Part shown: positions 51,147-61,438 of the stretch, in pieces | How positions within the stretch are numbered: the first letter of the stretch is position 1 | Layout: each line of letters starts with the position of its first letter | Source of the DNA: an uncultured Clostridia bacterium | GTDB lineage: Bacteria > Bacillota > Clostridia > TANB77 > CAG-508 | Length of the DNA: 64,000 bases | Direction of reading: 5' to 3' | Assembly (NCBI GenBank): GCA_944391965.1 | Contig: CALXVH010000005.1 | Location: 4,131 to 68,130 of the forward strand | Notes under the pieces: model-generated | Database searches by the model: none | Told to the model about the DNA's origin: nothing | What the model saw: only the letters and a program-made list of their open reading frames with translations | Program-made: the position numbers and the translations under genes

Positions 51147-52913
51147 ATGGAAAAGTACAGAACACACACATGTGGAGACATCACTTTAGAAGATGTTGGA
51201 AAAAAAGTTAAAATTGCAGGATTTGTGCAAACAATTCGTGATTTAGGAGGTCTTGTATTCTTAGATATTCGTGATATGTATGGAATTACACAAGTTGTAA
51301 CTTCTGCTGAATCTAATATTGTAGATTTTGCATCACATATCCCTATCGAATCTTCTGTATCTGTGGAAGGTGTAGTTAGAAAAAGAAGTGAAGACACAAT
51401 AAACGAAAAAATTAAAACAGGTCTTGTAGAAATTTATATTGATGACATTCAAATTTTAGGAAAAAGAACTGCAGATTTACCATTTGAGGTAAATACAGAC
51501 CAAGAAGTTAGAGAAGATTTAAGATTAAAATATCGTTATTTAGATTTAAGAAATGATAAATTAAAATCAAATATTATTTTACGTAGTAAAGTTATCCAAT
51601 TTTTGAGAGAAGAAATGATAAAACAAGGATTTTTAGAGGTTCAAACACCAATACTTACAAGTTCTTCTCCAGAAGGTGCACGTGATTATTTAGTACCAAG
51701 TAGATTACATGAAGGAAGATTTTATGCTCTTCCACAAGCACCACAACAATTTAAACAATTATTAATGGTTTCTGGTTTTGATAAATATTTCCAAATCGCA
51801 CCTTGTTTTAGAGATGAAGATGCAAGAGCTGACCGTGCTCCTGGTGAATTTTATCAACTAGATATGGAAATGAGCTATGCGACCCAAGAAGATGTTTTTT
51901 CTGTTATTGAACCAGTAATATATAATACCTTTACAAAATTTTCTGATAAGAAAGTAGCAGAATATCCTTTCCCAAGAATAACATATAAAGAAGCTATGCT
52001 TAAATATGGTTCTGATAAACCAGATTTAAGAAACCCATTAGTAATAGTTGATGTTACAGATATTTTTGAAGATGAAAGTGTAACATTAAATGCTTTTAAA
52101 GGAAAATTAGTTAGAACAATAGCTGCACATGATGTAGCAGATCAACCAAGAAGCTTTTTTGAAGGAATGACAGATTATGCAATGAAAGAATGTAAAGCTA
52201 AAGGTCTTGCTTGGCTTCGTGTATTAGAAGATGGTACATTCCAAGGACCTATTGCTAAATTTATACCAGATAATGCAAGAGAAGAAATGTTAAAAAGAAC
52301 AGATTCAAAACCTGGTGATTGCCTATTCTTTATTGCAGAAACTCCAAAAATTGTTAATACTTTATCTGGTGAAATTAGAGCAGAGCTTGGAAAACGTTTA
52401 GGTTTAATAGATGAAAATATTTTCAAATTCTGTTGGATTGTTGATTTTCCAATGTATGAATTAGATGAACGTGGAAATATTACATTTAGTCATAACCCAT
52501 TTTCCATGCCACAAGGTGGATTAGAAGCTTTAAATACTCAAGATCCATTAGATGTAGTTGCATACCAATATGATATTGTTTGTAATGGTATAGAACTTTC
52601 TTCTGGAGCAGTTAGAAATCATGATATTGATATTATGCTTAAAGCTTTTGAAATTGCTGGATATACTAAAGACCAAGTACAGGAAAGATTTGGTGCTTTA
52701 TATACTGCATTCCAATATGGTGCTCCCCCACATGCTGGTGTAGCTCCTGGAATTGATAGAATGATTATGCTTCTTACAGGTGCAGAAAATATTCGTGAAG
52801 TTATAGCTTTCCCATTAAATAGTAAAGCTCAAGATTTAATGATGGGTGCTCCTGGTTATGTTTCAAGAGACCAATTGAGAGATATTCATATTAGAATAGA
52901 AAAAAGTAAATAA
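51147..52913 (+). CDS. aspS: Aspartyl-tRNA synthetase
   Basis: RTHTCG, EGARDYLVP, LPQAPQQFKQLLM, CFRDED, PPHAG. Confidence 0.97.
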   Translation: MEKYRTHTCGDITLEDVGKKVKIAGFVQTIRDLGGLVFLDIRDMYGITQVVTSAESNIVDFASHIPIESSVSVEGVVRKRSEDTINEKIKTGLVEIYIDDIQILGKRTADLPFEVNTDQEVREDLRLKYRYLDLRNDKLKSNIILRSKVIQFLREEMIKQGFLEVQTPILTSSSPEGARDYLVPSRLHEGRFYALPQAPQQFKQLLMVSGFDKYFQIAPCFRDEDARADRAPGEFYQLDMEMSYATQEDVFSVIEPVIYNTFTKFSDKKVAEYPFPRITYKEAMLKYGSDKPDLRNPLVIVDVTDIFEDESVTLNAFKGKLVRTIAAHDVADQPRSFFEGMTDYAMKECKAKGLAWLRVLEDGTFQGPIAKFIPDNAREEMLKRTDSKPGDCLFFIAETPKIVNTLSGEIRAELGKRLGLIDENIFKFCWIVDFPMYELDERGNITFSHNPFSMPQGGLEALNTQDPLDVVAYQYDIVCNGIELSSGAVRNHDIDIMLKAFEIAGYTKDQVQERFGALYTAFQYGAPPHAGVAPGIDRMIMLLTGAENIREVIAFPLNSKAQDLMMGAPGYVSRDQLRDIHIRIEKSK

Positions 52914-53093
52914 TTTTTATTAATCCACCATCGAAAAATATAAATTCGCATGGTGGCTATTTTTTGCTTTTTTATGTTAATCATGGTATAATGCTTTTGT
53001 CATATATAGGTATAACTAGCAAATACCTCTAAAATGTAACTATTGTATTTTGGAGGGGCTAGCCTCCAAAAGATTCTAAAAAGGAGGCATATA

Positions 53094-53429
53094 TTGATAG
53101 AATTAAATTTAAGAGAAAAATGGGTCGATCAGATGTACGGAGGCAACCTTACAACATGGTGCATATGGATAGTACATGCAATTGAAGCAATCCGTTCACC
53201 TGATGAAAAGGAAATAGAAATAAACTCTTTTTCCCCACCAGCTGATATAAATGGCAATGAACTACGGAAACCTCATCCAGAATTAGGCTTTACATCAGTT
53301 CATCTGTATTATACTCACCTTCCAGAACTTGATAAATTTCTTATAAATACCTTAAAAGGTATTTTAGAAAGAAATAAAATTCTTTTATGTGAGTCCACAA
53401 ATCGTTCAATTACAATAAGGATATATTGA
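53094..53429 (+). CDS. Hypothetical protein (TTG start)
   Basis: RBS AAGGAGG before TTG 53094; followed by a terminator. Confidence 0.6.
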   Translation: MIELNLREKWVDQMYGGNLTTWCIWIVHAIEAIRSPDEKEIEINSFSPPADINGNELRKPHPELGFTSVHLYYTHLPELDKFLINTLKGILERNKILLCESTNRSITIRIY

Positions 53430-53451
53430 CCCTAGTTTCTCTAATAACACA

Positions 53452-53484
53452 CAAAGCCTAGCAATGTTGAATTGCTAGGCTTTT
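53452..53484. terminator. Bidirectional intrinsic terminator
   Basis: AAAGCCTAGCAAT-GTTGA-ATTGCTAGGCTTT. Confidence 0.75.
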
Positions 53485-53499
53485 TACTTTTGTTTTGAT

Positions 53500-53528
53500 A
53501 GGGATTTAAGGAATGTCCCCTTTTCCCT
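53500..53528 (-). repeat. REP-like repeat, copy 10
   Basis: AGGGATTTAAGGAATGTCCCCTTTTCCCT downstream of adhE. Confidence 0.8.
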
Positions 53529-53545
53529 TTTTCTTTTTCCTTTTC

Positions 53546-56143
53546 CTATTTTCCATAATAACTGTCTAATAAAATTTTCTTTATTTCTGTTACTAATGGT
53601 AGTCTTGGGTTTGCAGGTGTACATTGATCTTCAAATGCTCTATCTGCTAATTCGTCTACACTATCTAAGAATTCTTTTTCATCTACTCCTGCTTCTTTAA
53701 ATGATGCTGGAATATTTATATCTTTGTTCATTTTTCTAATAGCTTCTGATAATGAATGTACTCCCTCTTCTACTGTATCTGCTTTTAATCCAACTAATTT
53801 AGCAATCTCTGCATATTTTTCATCTGCTTTATAATATTCGTATTTAGGGAATGATGTAAATTTAGTTGGTTTACTTCCATTATATTCTACAACATATGGT
53901 AGTAAAATTGCATTAATTCTACCATGTGGCAAATGGAATTTTGCTCCTAATTTATGTGCCATAGAGTGACATATTCCTAAAAATGCATTTGAAAATGCCA
54001 TACCTGCCATTGTACTTGCATTATGCATTCTTTCTCTTGCATATTTATTATCTCCATGGTTATATGCCTCTTCTAAGTTTTCAAATACTAATTTGGTTGC
54101 TTTTTCAGCTAATGCATCTGTATAATCTGTTGCCATATTAGATACATAAGCTTCTAATGCATGTGTTAAAACATCCATTCCTGTATCTGCTGTTAAAGAT
54201 TTTGGAAGTGTTGATACAAAATCTGGATCTACTATTGCGACATTTGGTGTTAATTCATATGCTGTTAATGGATATTTTTTACCTTGTTCTTTATCTGTTA
54301 TAACTGCAAATGATGTAACTTCTGAACCTGTTCCAGATGTTGTAGGAATTGCTACCATTTGGCATTTCTTTCCTAGTTCTGGAATCTCGTATGTACGTTT
54401 TCTTATATCCATGAATTTTAATTTTAATCCTTCTAAGTCTACATCTGGATCTTCGTATAATAACCACATTCCTTTTGCAGCATCTATTGCAGAACCTCCA
54501 CCTAATGCAATAATTACATCTGGTTCGAATTTTTTCATTGCTTCAACACCTTTTTTAACTGTGTCAAATGATGGATCTGGTTCTACATCAAAGAATATCT
54601 CAGAATGTACATAATCTTGTCTTTTTCTTAAGTGATATAACACTTTATCTACATACCCAAATTTAACCATTGACTCATCTGTTACTATAAAAGCTCTTGA
54701 AATATCTCTCATATCCTCAAGATATTTTATTGCTCCTGCTTCAAAATATATTTTCTTTGGAACTTTAAACCATTGCATATTAACTCTCCTTCTTCCCATC
54801 TTTTTAACATTTATTAAATTTTTAGCAGATACATTATCTGTTGTAGAGTTTCCTCCAAATGTACCACAACCTAATGTTAATGATGGTGTAAATGAATTAT
54901 ATATATCACCAATTCCACCTTGTGAAGATGGTTGATTTACAATGATTCTACTTGCTTTTACTCTTTTTCCATATTCTTTTATTGTTTCTTCATCTTCTGA
55001 ATGTATAACTGCAGAATGTCCAAGTCCACCATTTTCTAATAGTTTTTCTGCTTTTTCAATTCCTTCTTTGCTATTTTTAACAATATAATATGCAAGTACT
55101 GGACTTAATTTTTCTTTAGAGAATGGATATTCTGGTCCTATTCCTTCTTCATATACAACTAATACTTTTGTATCTTCTGGTACTTCAAAACCAGCTTGTT
55201 TTGCGATACTATATGGACTTTGTCCTGGTATTTTTGATTGTAATGCATATCCTTTTTCTTTATTAAACATTACTTCTTTTAATTTTTCTTTTTCTTCTGG
55301 AGATACAAAATAACATCCAGCCTTTTTCATTAAATCTTCAAATTCTTGATATACAACTTCATCTACTAATACAGATTGTTCTGAAGCACAAATCATTCCA
55401 TTATCGAATGATTTAGATAATACTAAATCATTTACAGATGTTTTTAATTTTGCTGTTTTATCTATATAACATGGAACATTTCCAGGTCCTACACCTAATG
55501 CTGGTTTTCCAGATGAATAAGCTGCTTTAACCATTCCTGTTCCACCTGTTGCTAGTATTAAATTAACATCTGGATGATTCATTAATCTATTTGTAGCCTC
55601 TACTGATGGCTCTTCTATCCATAAAATACAATCTTTTGGAGCTCCAGCTTTAATAGCTGCATCTCTTAAATATTCTGCTGCTTTTTTACTACATTGTTGC
55701 GCTGATGGATGAAATCCAAATATAATTACATTTCTAGTTTTTGCTGAAATTATAGATTTAAACATAACTGTTGATGTTGGATTTGTTACAGGTGTTACCC
55801 CAGCAATTATTCCAATTGGTTCTGCAATTTTTACGTAATCGTCTTCTACATTTTCTTCTATAATACCAACTGTCTTTTCATTTTTTATATTATTATATAT
55901 ATAATCTGTTGCAAACATATTCTTTATAATTTTATCTTCGTAAATACCTCTTCCAGTTTCTTCAACTGCAAGTTTTGCAAGTTCCATATGATGTTCCAAG
56001 CCTGCCATAGACATAGCTTTTACAATCTTATCTACTTGCTCTTGATTTAGTTTCATATATTCTTTTGAAGCTTTTTTTGCTCTTTCTACTAAATCATTAA
56101 TCATTTTTTCCACTTTATTGCTATCATTTTTTGTTTCAGCCAT
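53546..56143 (-). CDS. adhE: Bifunctional acetaldehyde-CoA/alcohol dehydrogenase
   Basis: ALDH part (TPVTNPTST, ATGG, DNGMICASEQ); Fe-ADH part (GGGSAIDAAK, PTTSGTGSE, HSMAH). Confidence 0.97.
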   Translation of the reverse strand: MAETKNDSNKVEKMINDLVERAKKASKEYMKLNQEQVDKIVKAMSMAGLEHHMELAKLAVEETGRGIYEDKIIKNMFATDYIYNNIKNEKTVGIIEENVEDDYVKIAEPIGIIAGVTPVTNPTSTVMFKSIISAKTRNVIIFGFHPSAQQCSKKAAEYLRDAAIKAGAPKDCILWIEEPSVEATNRLMNHPDVNLILATGGTGMVKAAYSSGKPALGVGPGNVPCYIDKTAKLKTSVNDLVLSKSFDNGMICASEQSVLVDEVVYQEFEDLMKKAGCYFVSPEEKEKLKEVMFNKEKGYALQSKIPGQSPYSIAKQAGFEVPEDTKVLVVYEEGIGPEYPFSKEKLSPVLAYYIVKNSKEGIEKAEKLLENGGLGHSAVIHSEDEETIKEYGKRVKASRIIVNQPSSQGGIGDIYNSFTPSLTLGCGTFGGNSTTDNVSAKNLINVKKMGRRRVNMQWFKVPKKIYFEAGAIKYLEDMRDISRAFIVTDESMVKFGYVDKVLYHLRKRQDYVHSEIFFDVEPDPSFDTVKKGVEAMKKFEPDVIIALGGGSAIDAAKGMWLLYEDPDVDLEGLKLKFMDIRKRTYEIPELGKKCQMVAIPTTSGTGSEVTSFAVITDKEQGKKYPLTAYELTPNVAIVDPDFVSTLPKSLTADTGMDVLTHALEAYVSNMATDYTDALAEKATKLVFENLEEAYNHGDNKYARERMHNASTMAGMAFSNAFLGICHSMAHKLGAKFHLPHGRINAILLPYVVEYNGSKPTKFTSFPKYEYYKADEKYAEIAKLVGLKADTVEEGVHSLSEAIRKMNKDINIPASFKEAGVDEKEFLDSVDELADRAFEDQCTPANPRLPLVTEIKKILLDSYYGK

Positions 56144-56296
56144 AAATATGCCTCCTTAAAATATTTTCATTCATTTTTAATAATATCCTATTCATATTTT
56201 AAAGTCAATAGAAATTATTGTAATTTGCCATATATATTTCTACTTTTTTCGCGATGTTTAAATAATATTAAAATACAAAAAAGAAGCTAGTAAAAA

Positions 56297-57406
56297 CTAA
56301 CTTCTTGCATCATCATTGTCTTGACTTTGTAATTTAACAATTTCTTCCATAGCACCTTTACCAGAATCTCTTTGTAATTTCTTTATTTCTCCTCTTCTAT
56401 AGCTTTCCTCTTCCTTTTCTAGTAAATCGCCTATAATACTTTTGGCATTTTTTAAACCTATTTTATTTCCTTCAACTTCAACAAAATCTAAAAATAAAGA
56501 TTTTCTTATGTTTTTTGGTGTTATTTCAGCTCTTTCAGTTTTAATAGCATCTAAAAACAAAGAATTGGAATTTGCCTTTGGTTTTATTTGTTGTTCTGCT
56601 TCTGTTAAAAGAGAATTATTTGCAGTTTTAGACTCTCCCTTACTTTTTGCCACCTTAACAATAGCAAGACGAATGTCCTCTACTGTTGTATCTGGAAGTG
56701 CAGCTTTCATAAATTCTCTTATTCTCATGCTATATCCTATATTTTTATAATTACAAACAACTTTTTTAGCAGCTAATTTTATAAGTTTTAATTGTGTCTT
56801 ATTTATTTGTTCCTTTGTAGATGCTGGAATATCATCACTTTTCTTTAAAGTATCCATCCTACTGTTTACAATACCAATATATTTTAATAATGTAAAATCA
56901 TTGGCTTCATTTGTTAAGGAATATATTTTATCTACTGCATCAGTTATCTCAGTAATTGATACTTTTTCTGCTTTTATTTTTTGGTTTGTTATAATACGTT
57001 CTACGATTTCTAATTTCTGGGTTTGATCTAGTCCTTTAATTATATCAATACCATTATCATCTAATAATGCAGCTGTCGAGTCTATAGATTCTATTATTTC
57101 TCCTTTATCACTTTCAGTTAATTCACCACTTATTTGTGCTGTAACTTCTAACTGTTTTTCTGGTTCATCCATAGATTGAATTGCTGTAACTACTGCATTT
57201 TTTGCTTCTTTTTTAGTATCTTTATTACCTTTTTGTAGCTTTTTTATTTGAAGCATAATATATTCTTCTAATTCATCATCATTCATATATTTTAATCTAG
57301 CTGCCAAACGTTTTTTGGCAGCTTGTTCTCTTTTTTCTTTTAGTTTATTAAATTGTTTATCTATTCTTGCTTTTATATTATTTTGTATATCTGATATTTT
57401 TCCCAT
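56297..57406 (-). CDS. Hypothetical helical/coiled-coil protein
   Basis: 369-aa open frame with RBS GGAG; no family recognised. Confidence 0.7.
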   Translation of the reverse strand: MGKISDIQNNIKARIDKQFNKLKEKREQAAKKRLAARLKYMNDDELEEYIMLQIKKLQKGNKDTKKEAKNAVVTAIQSMDEPEKQLEVTAQISGELTESDKGEIIESIDSTAALLDDNGIDIIKGLDQTQKLEIVERIITNQKIKAEKVSITEITDAVDKIYSLTNEANDFTLLKYIGIVNSRMDTLKKSDDIPASTKEQINKTQLKLIKLAAKKVVCNYKNIGYSMRIREFMKAALPDTTVEDIRLAIVKVAKSKGESKTANNSLLTEAEQQIKPKANSNSLFLDAIKTERAEITPKNIRKSLFLDFVEVEGNKIGLKNAKSIIGDLLEKEEESYRRGEIKKLQRDSGKGAMEEIVKLQSQDNDDARS

Positions 57407-57421
57407 AATTCACTCCGTATT

Positions 57422-58429
57422 TTACATGTAATTTTGAGGATTTAAAGCTTTTCCATTTTTTCTGATCTCAAAATGTAAATGTGAACCTGTAGAATTACCT
57501 GTAGAACCAACAGCTGCAATTTTATCTCCGGCAGATACTCTTACACCTGCACTTACATATAATTTGCTACAATGTGCGTACCACATCTCATAACCATTGT
57601 CACATTCAATTTTTATCATATAACCATATGATCCTTTATATCCAGCAAATGTAACTTTTCCAGAAGCAGCAGCTTTGATTGTTGTTCCTGTTGGAGCAGC
57701 CAAATCTAGACCTGTATGTGCACTAGAACGAACACTACTTCTTTCTCCAAATCTGGATGTTATCTTACCACCAGAAATTGGTCTTACAGCGACAACTACT
57801 TTTTTATTAGTTGTGGTTTGGTTACTTGATCCTTCTGTCTTTTTAGTTTCTTCGGCCTTTTTTGCTTCTTCCTCAATTTGTGCTACTTTTACGTCTATAT
57901 TTTCAGTTTTTAATTTAGAAACAGCTACAGTTTCTTCTACTGTATCTATTTTTTCTTTTCCAAATATCTGTTTTACTCCAATATTAAGTACTAGTTTGTC
58001 TTTATATTCATTTTGCAAATCTGATACTATCTTATCTGCCTCTTCTTCTGTTCCAACATATGTTTTTATGTCATCATCTATAGTTATTCCATATGCTGTG
58101 TATGTTGTAGAAATATTTTCTTTTATTTTTGCTAGTACTTCTTCTTCATTTGAAGTTTTATTAACCATAATTGCAGGTGTATATTCTGTTTTTACTTCTA
58201 AATTTCTAAAAGCAACCCCTTCTTCTTTGCTTTCTATATATTCATTTATCTTTGTTTCTAACTCATTTTTATTCTTTACATACCCAATTACTTCACCATT
58301 TATAGCTACTTGAAATAAAGAATCATACTTTATAAAAATAACTATAAATAAAGCAAGTAATATTATTGCAAGAATTTGTGTAATTCTTATTAACTCTTTT
58401 GTGTGAATTTGTTTATTTTCGTTAAAAAT
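57422..58429 (-). CDS. M23 peptidase with N-terminal TM; frame extends upstream of the tracked ATG to a probable non-canonical start
   Basis: HTGLD, YAH, GSHLHFE; frame open from ~58435 through a TM segment. Confidence 0.75.
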   Translation of the reverse strand: MFNENKQIHTKELIRITQILAIILLALFIVIFIKYDSLFQVAINGEVIGYVKNKNELETKINEYIESKEEGVAFRNLEVKTEYTPAIMVNKTSNEEEVLAKIKENISTTYTAYGITIDDDIKTYVGTEEEADKIVSDLQNEYKDKLVLNIGVKQIFGKEKIDTVEETVAVSKLKTENIDVKVAQIEEEAKKAEETKKTEGSSNQTTTNKKVVVAVRPISGGKITSRFGERSSVRSSAHTGLDLAAPTGTTIKAAASGKVTFAGYKGSYGYMIKIECDNGYEMWYAHCSKLYVSAGVRVSAGDKIAAVGSTGNSTGSHLHFEIRKNGKALNPQNYM

Positions 58430-58709
58430 ATTCGTTCACTCTCCTTTAATTTCTACACACAAGCATCAATTATTATACTATATATTTTATGTTTTTTCAA
58501 TTTATGTATACATTATTTTCATACTTTTTCAATTTTTTTATATTTTTTTCCTTTATTTGCCTATAAATAACTATATTTATCTCTTTTTTACTCTTTTTTT
58601 CGCCTATTTTTAGCATTTTTCACCTTCAAAAATCGAATTTGATACACAAAAAAACAGATGTAAGACTCTTTATAAAAAATCTTACATCTGTTATATCCAT
58701 ATATAATTT

Positions 58710-59384
58710 TTATCTATTTCCTCCAACATAGAACATACTAGCAAGTTTAGATATAGGCATAGATTGAATCCATACCGTTCCTGGCCCTTTTAAACTTGTT
58801 AAAAATAAACCTTCTCCTCCAAATACAATATTTTTAACTCCCTTTACTGTTTCTATATTTAAGTCTACTCCACTTGTCATTGCAGCAACATAACCATTAT
58901 CAACCTTTAGTTTTTCTCCAGCAGCTAACTCACGTTTATATATTGCACCATCTAGTTCTAAAAATACTTTTCCAGTTCCTTGGAATTTTTGCATTATAAA
59001 ACCTTCTCCTCCAAAAAAACCAGCTCCTAATTTTTTTCTAAAATGCATTGATATGTCTACTGTTGGCTCTGCACATAAAAAAGCTCTTTTTTGTGCAATT
59101 ATTGTTTCCCCTTCTTTTAAGTCAAACTCTAATATTTGACCAGGAAATGAAGATGCAAAAGCAATCTCTACATCATCTTTTTCTGCAGTATATACATTCA
59201 TAAAGATAGATTCCCCTGCTAAAGCTCTCCCCAATCCTTTCATAATTCCACCATTTGTAGTTGTTTTCATTTTTATTCCGTCATCCATCCAACTCATTCC
59301 ACCATTTTCTGTTACGACAGATTCTCCTTTGTTTAATTTGCAAACTACATATGGTAATTCTTCGCCATTAATTTTAGTTTCCAT
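58710..59384 (-). CDS. TIGR00266/AIM24 family protein
   Basis: ENGGMSWMD, GGEGFIMQ, GGEGLF..GPG.VW.QS. Confidence 0.9.
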   Translation of the reverse strand: METKINGEELPYVVCKLNKGESVVTENGGMSWMDDGIKMKTTTNGGIMKGLGRALAGESIFMNVYTAEKDDVEIAFASSFPGQILEFDLKEGETIIAQKRAFLCAEPTVDISMHFRKKLGAGFFGGEGFIMQKFQGTGKVFLELDGAIYKRELAAGEKLKVDNGYVAAMTSGVDLNIETVKGVKNIVFGGEGLFLTSLKGPGTVWIQSMPISKLASMFYVGGNR

Positions 59385-59531
59385 ACAAAATCCCCCTTTA
59401 TTTTTATTTATTCTAACATACTTATTTTTTACAAACAATATATTCATTTATAAATAATTTAGTCATCATACAAATCTAAAATAAGCATCAAAAAACTAGA
59501 GTATTTCTACTCTAGTTTTTTATAATTTATA

Positions 59532-59831
59532 TTATTCTGCTGATTCTTCAGATTCTTCGCTTTTTACTTCTTCTTCTACATCAGGAGTTTCGTTATATTT
59601 TTCAAGTATAGCACTTTGAATTTTCTCCCTTGTTTCAGCATTAATTGGATGAGCTACATCTCTAAACTCTCCATTTTGAGTTTTTTTACTTGGCATAGCT
59701 ATAAATAATCCATCTTTTTCGATAACTTTTATGTCATGTACAACAAATTCATTATCGAATGTTACAGAAGCTACTGCTTTCATTTTGTTTCCTGAATTTA
59801 CTTTCTTTAAACGTACATTTGTGATTTGCAT
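59532..59831 (-). CDS. spoVG: Septation regulator SpoVG
   Basis: [31 protein letters not shown]. Confidence 0.96.
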   Translation of the reverse strand: MQITNVRLKKVNSGNKMKAVASVTFDNEFVVHDIKVIEKDGLFIAMPSKKTQNGEFRDVAHPINAETREKIQSAILEKYNETPDVEEEVKSEESEESAE

Positions 59832-59893
59832 TTGAGCACCGCCTTCCAAAGTTTTAAATAATATTATTGTACATTTATATGTACAACTATATT

Positions 59894-59920
59894 ATTCTTC
59901 AAAAAAAACTTTTTTCCTTC
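59894..59920 (-). promoter_or_regulatory. SigH promoter of spoVG
   Basis: AGGA-17 nt-GAAT matches the SigH consensus; spoVG is SigH-dependent in Bacillus subtilis. Confidence 0.7.
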
Positions 59921-60046
59921 TATTTTTTCAAAATTATTTATTTTTTAACATTTTTGAAATATTTATCATAAAATAGTAATAATTATATTGAAAAAAAAAC
60001 ATAATAATTATATAATCTTACATGTTAAATATGGGAGGGGAATTTA

Positions 60047-61432
60047 ATGCCTAATCTTAACTTAATAAAAAAATATAATAGAGTACATATGATTGGAATC
60101 GGTGGTGTTAGTATGAGCGGAATCGCCGAAATTCTTAATAATTTTGGTGTAACTGTTACAGGTTCAGACTTAGCCGATTCAGAAATAGTAAAAAAATTAC
60201 AAAGCAATGGTATTCCAGTTACAATAGGTCATGATTTTGAAAATTTAGCTAAAGCAGACATTGTTGTTTATTCTGCTGCAATAAATCCAAACGATCCTGA
60301 AATGCAAAAAGCAAAAGAGTTAAATATTCCAACTTGTGAAAGATGTGACTTTTTAGGTATGCTTACAAAAGCATTTAGTGACACTATTGGTATTTCTGGT
60401 ACACATGGTAAAACCACAACAACATCACTTGTTTCATTATGCTTTTTAGAAGCAGGCTTAGATCCAAGTATTCAAGTTGGAGCAATATTAAAAGCAATTG
60501 ATGGAAATTATAAGGTTGGTTCAAGCGAACACTTTATAATAGAAGCATGTGAATATGTAGAAAGCTTTTTAAAATTTTATCCTAAAGCCGAAATTATCTT
60601 AAATATAGATAATGACCATTTAGATTATTTTAAGACTTTCGAAAATATAAAAAATGCTTTTATAAAATATGTAAAAATAATTCCAGATGATGGTTTACTT
60701 GTAGTTAATGGCGATGACCATAATTGCTTAGATTTATTACAATATACAAATGCAACTAAATTAACATATGGAATTACTAATAAAAACACTGACTTTTTTG
60801 CAGTAAATATTGTATTTGATAACAATGGTTTTCCAGCTTTTGATGTTTATAAAAAGGATAAATTTTTCGAAAGAATTCAATTAAAAATTCCAGGAATGCA
60901 TAATGTACTAAATGCATTAGCATGTACTGCTCTTTGTGATTATTATGGAATCGATAAAAAATATATCAAATCTGCTTTAGAAAAATTTACAGGTGCTCAT
61001 AGAAGATTTGAATACAAAGGAACTATTAATAACGCTACTGTTTTTGATGACTATGGCCATCATCCAACAGAAATAATAGCTACAGCAAAAGCTTTAATGA
61101 ATAAAAAATATAATAAATCATGGGTTGTTTTCCAACCACATACCTATAGCAGAACTAAAACATTATTAAATGATTTTGCAAAAGCATTATTAAATTTTGA
61201 CAATATCATAATTACAGACATATATGCAGCAAGAGAAACAAATAGGTTTGGAGTTTCTTCTCAAGATCTAGTTGACAAGATTAACTCATTAGGAAAAAAT
61301 GCAATTTATATGAAAGATTTTAATGATATCACTAAATACTTAAAAGAAAATGTTGAAAAAAATGATATTATTCTAACATTAGGGGCTGGAACTGTAACAC
61401 AAATTTCGGATGAATTAGTAGAAGAGAATTAG
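60047..61432 (+). CDS. murC: UDP-N-acetylmuramate--L-alanine ligase
   Basis: IGIGGVSMSG, GTHGKTTT, EACE, DDYGHHPTE, FQPH, GAG. Confidence 0.96.
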   Translation: MPNLNLIKKYNRVHMIGIGGVSMSGIAEILNNFGVTVTGSDLADSEIVKKLQSNGIPVTIGHDFENLAKADIVVYSAAINPNDPEMQKAKELNIPTCERCDFLGMLTKAFSDTIGISGTHGKTTTTSLVSLCFLEAGLDPSIQVGAILKAIDGNYKVGSSEHFIIEACEYVESFLKFYPKAEIILNIDNDHLDYFKTFENIKNAFIKYVKIIPDDGLLVVNGDDHNCLDLLQYTNATKLTYGITNKNTDFFAVNIVFDNNGFPAFDVYKKDKFFERIQLKIPGMHNVLNALACTALCDYYGIDKKYIKSALEKFTGAHRRFEYKGTINNATVFDDYGHHPTEIIATAKALMNKKYNKSWVVFQPHTYSRTKTLLNDFAKALLNFDNIIITDIYAARETNRFGVSSQDLVDKINSLGKNAIYMKDFNDITKYLKENVEKNDIILTLGAGTVTQISDELVEEN

Positions 61433-61438
61433 ATAAAC

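Noticed and set aside
56144-56290. Rex operator upstream of adhE
   Set aside because: No convincing TTGTGAA-N4-TTCACAA-like palindrome found.
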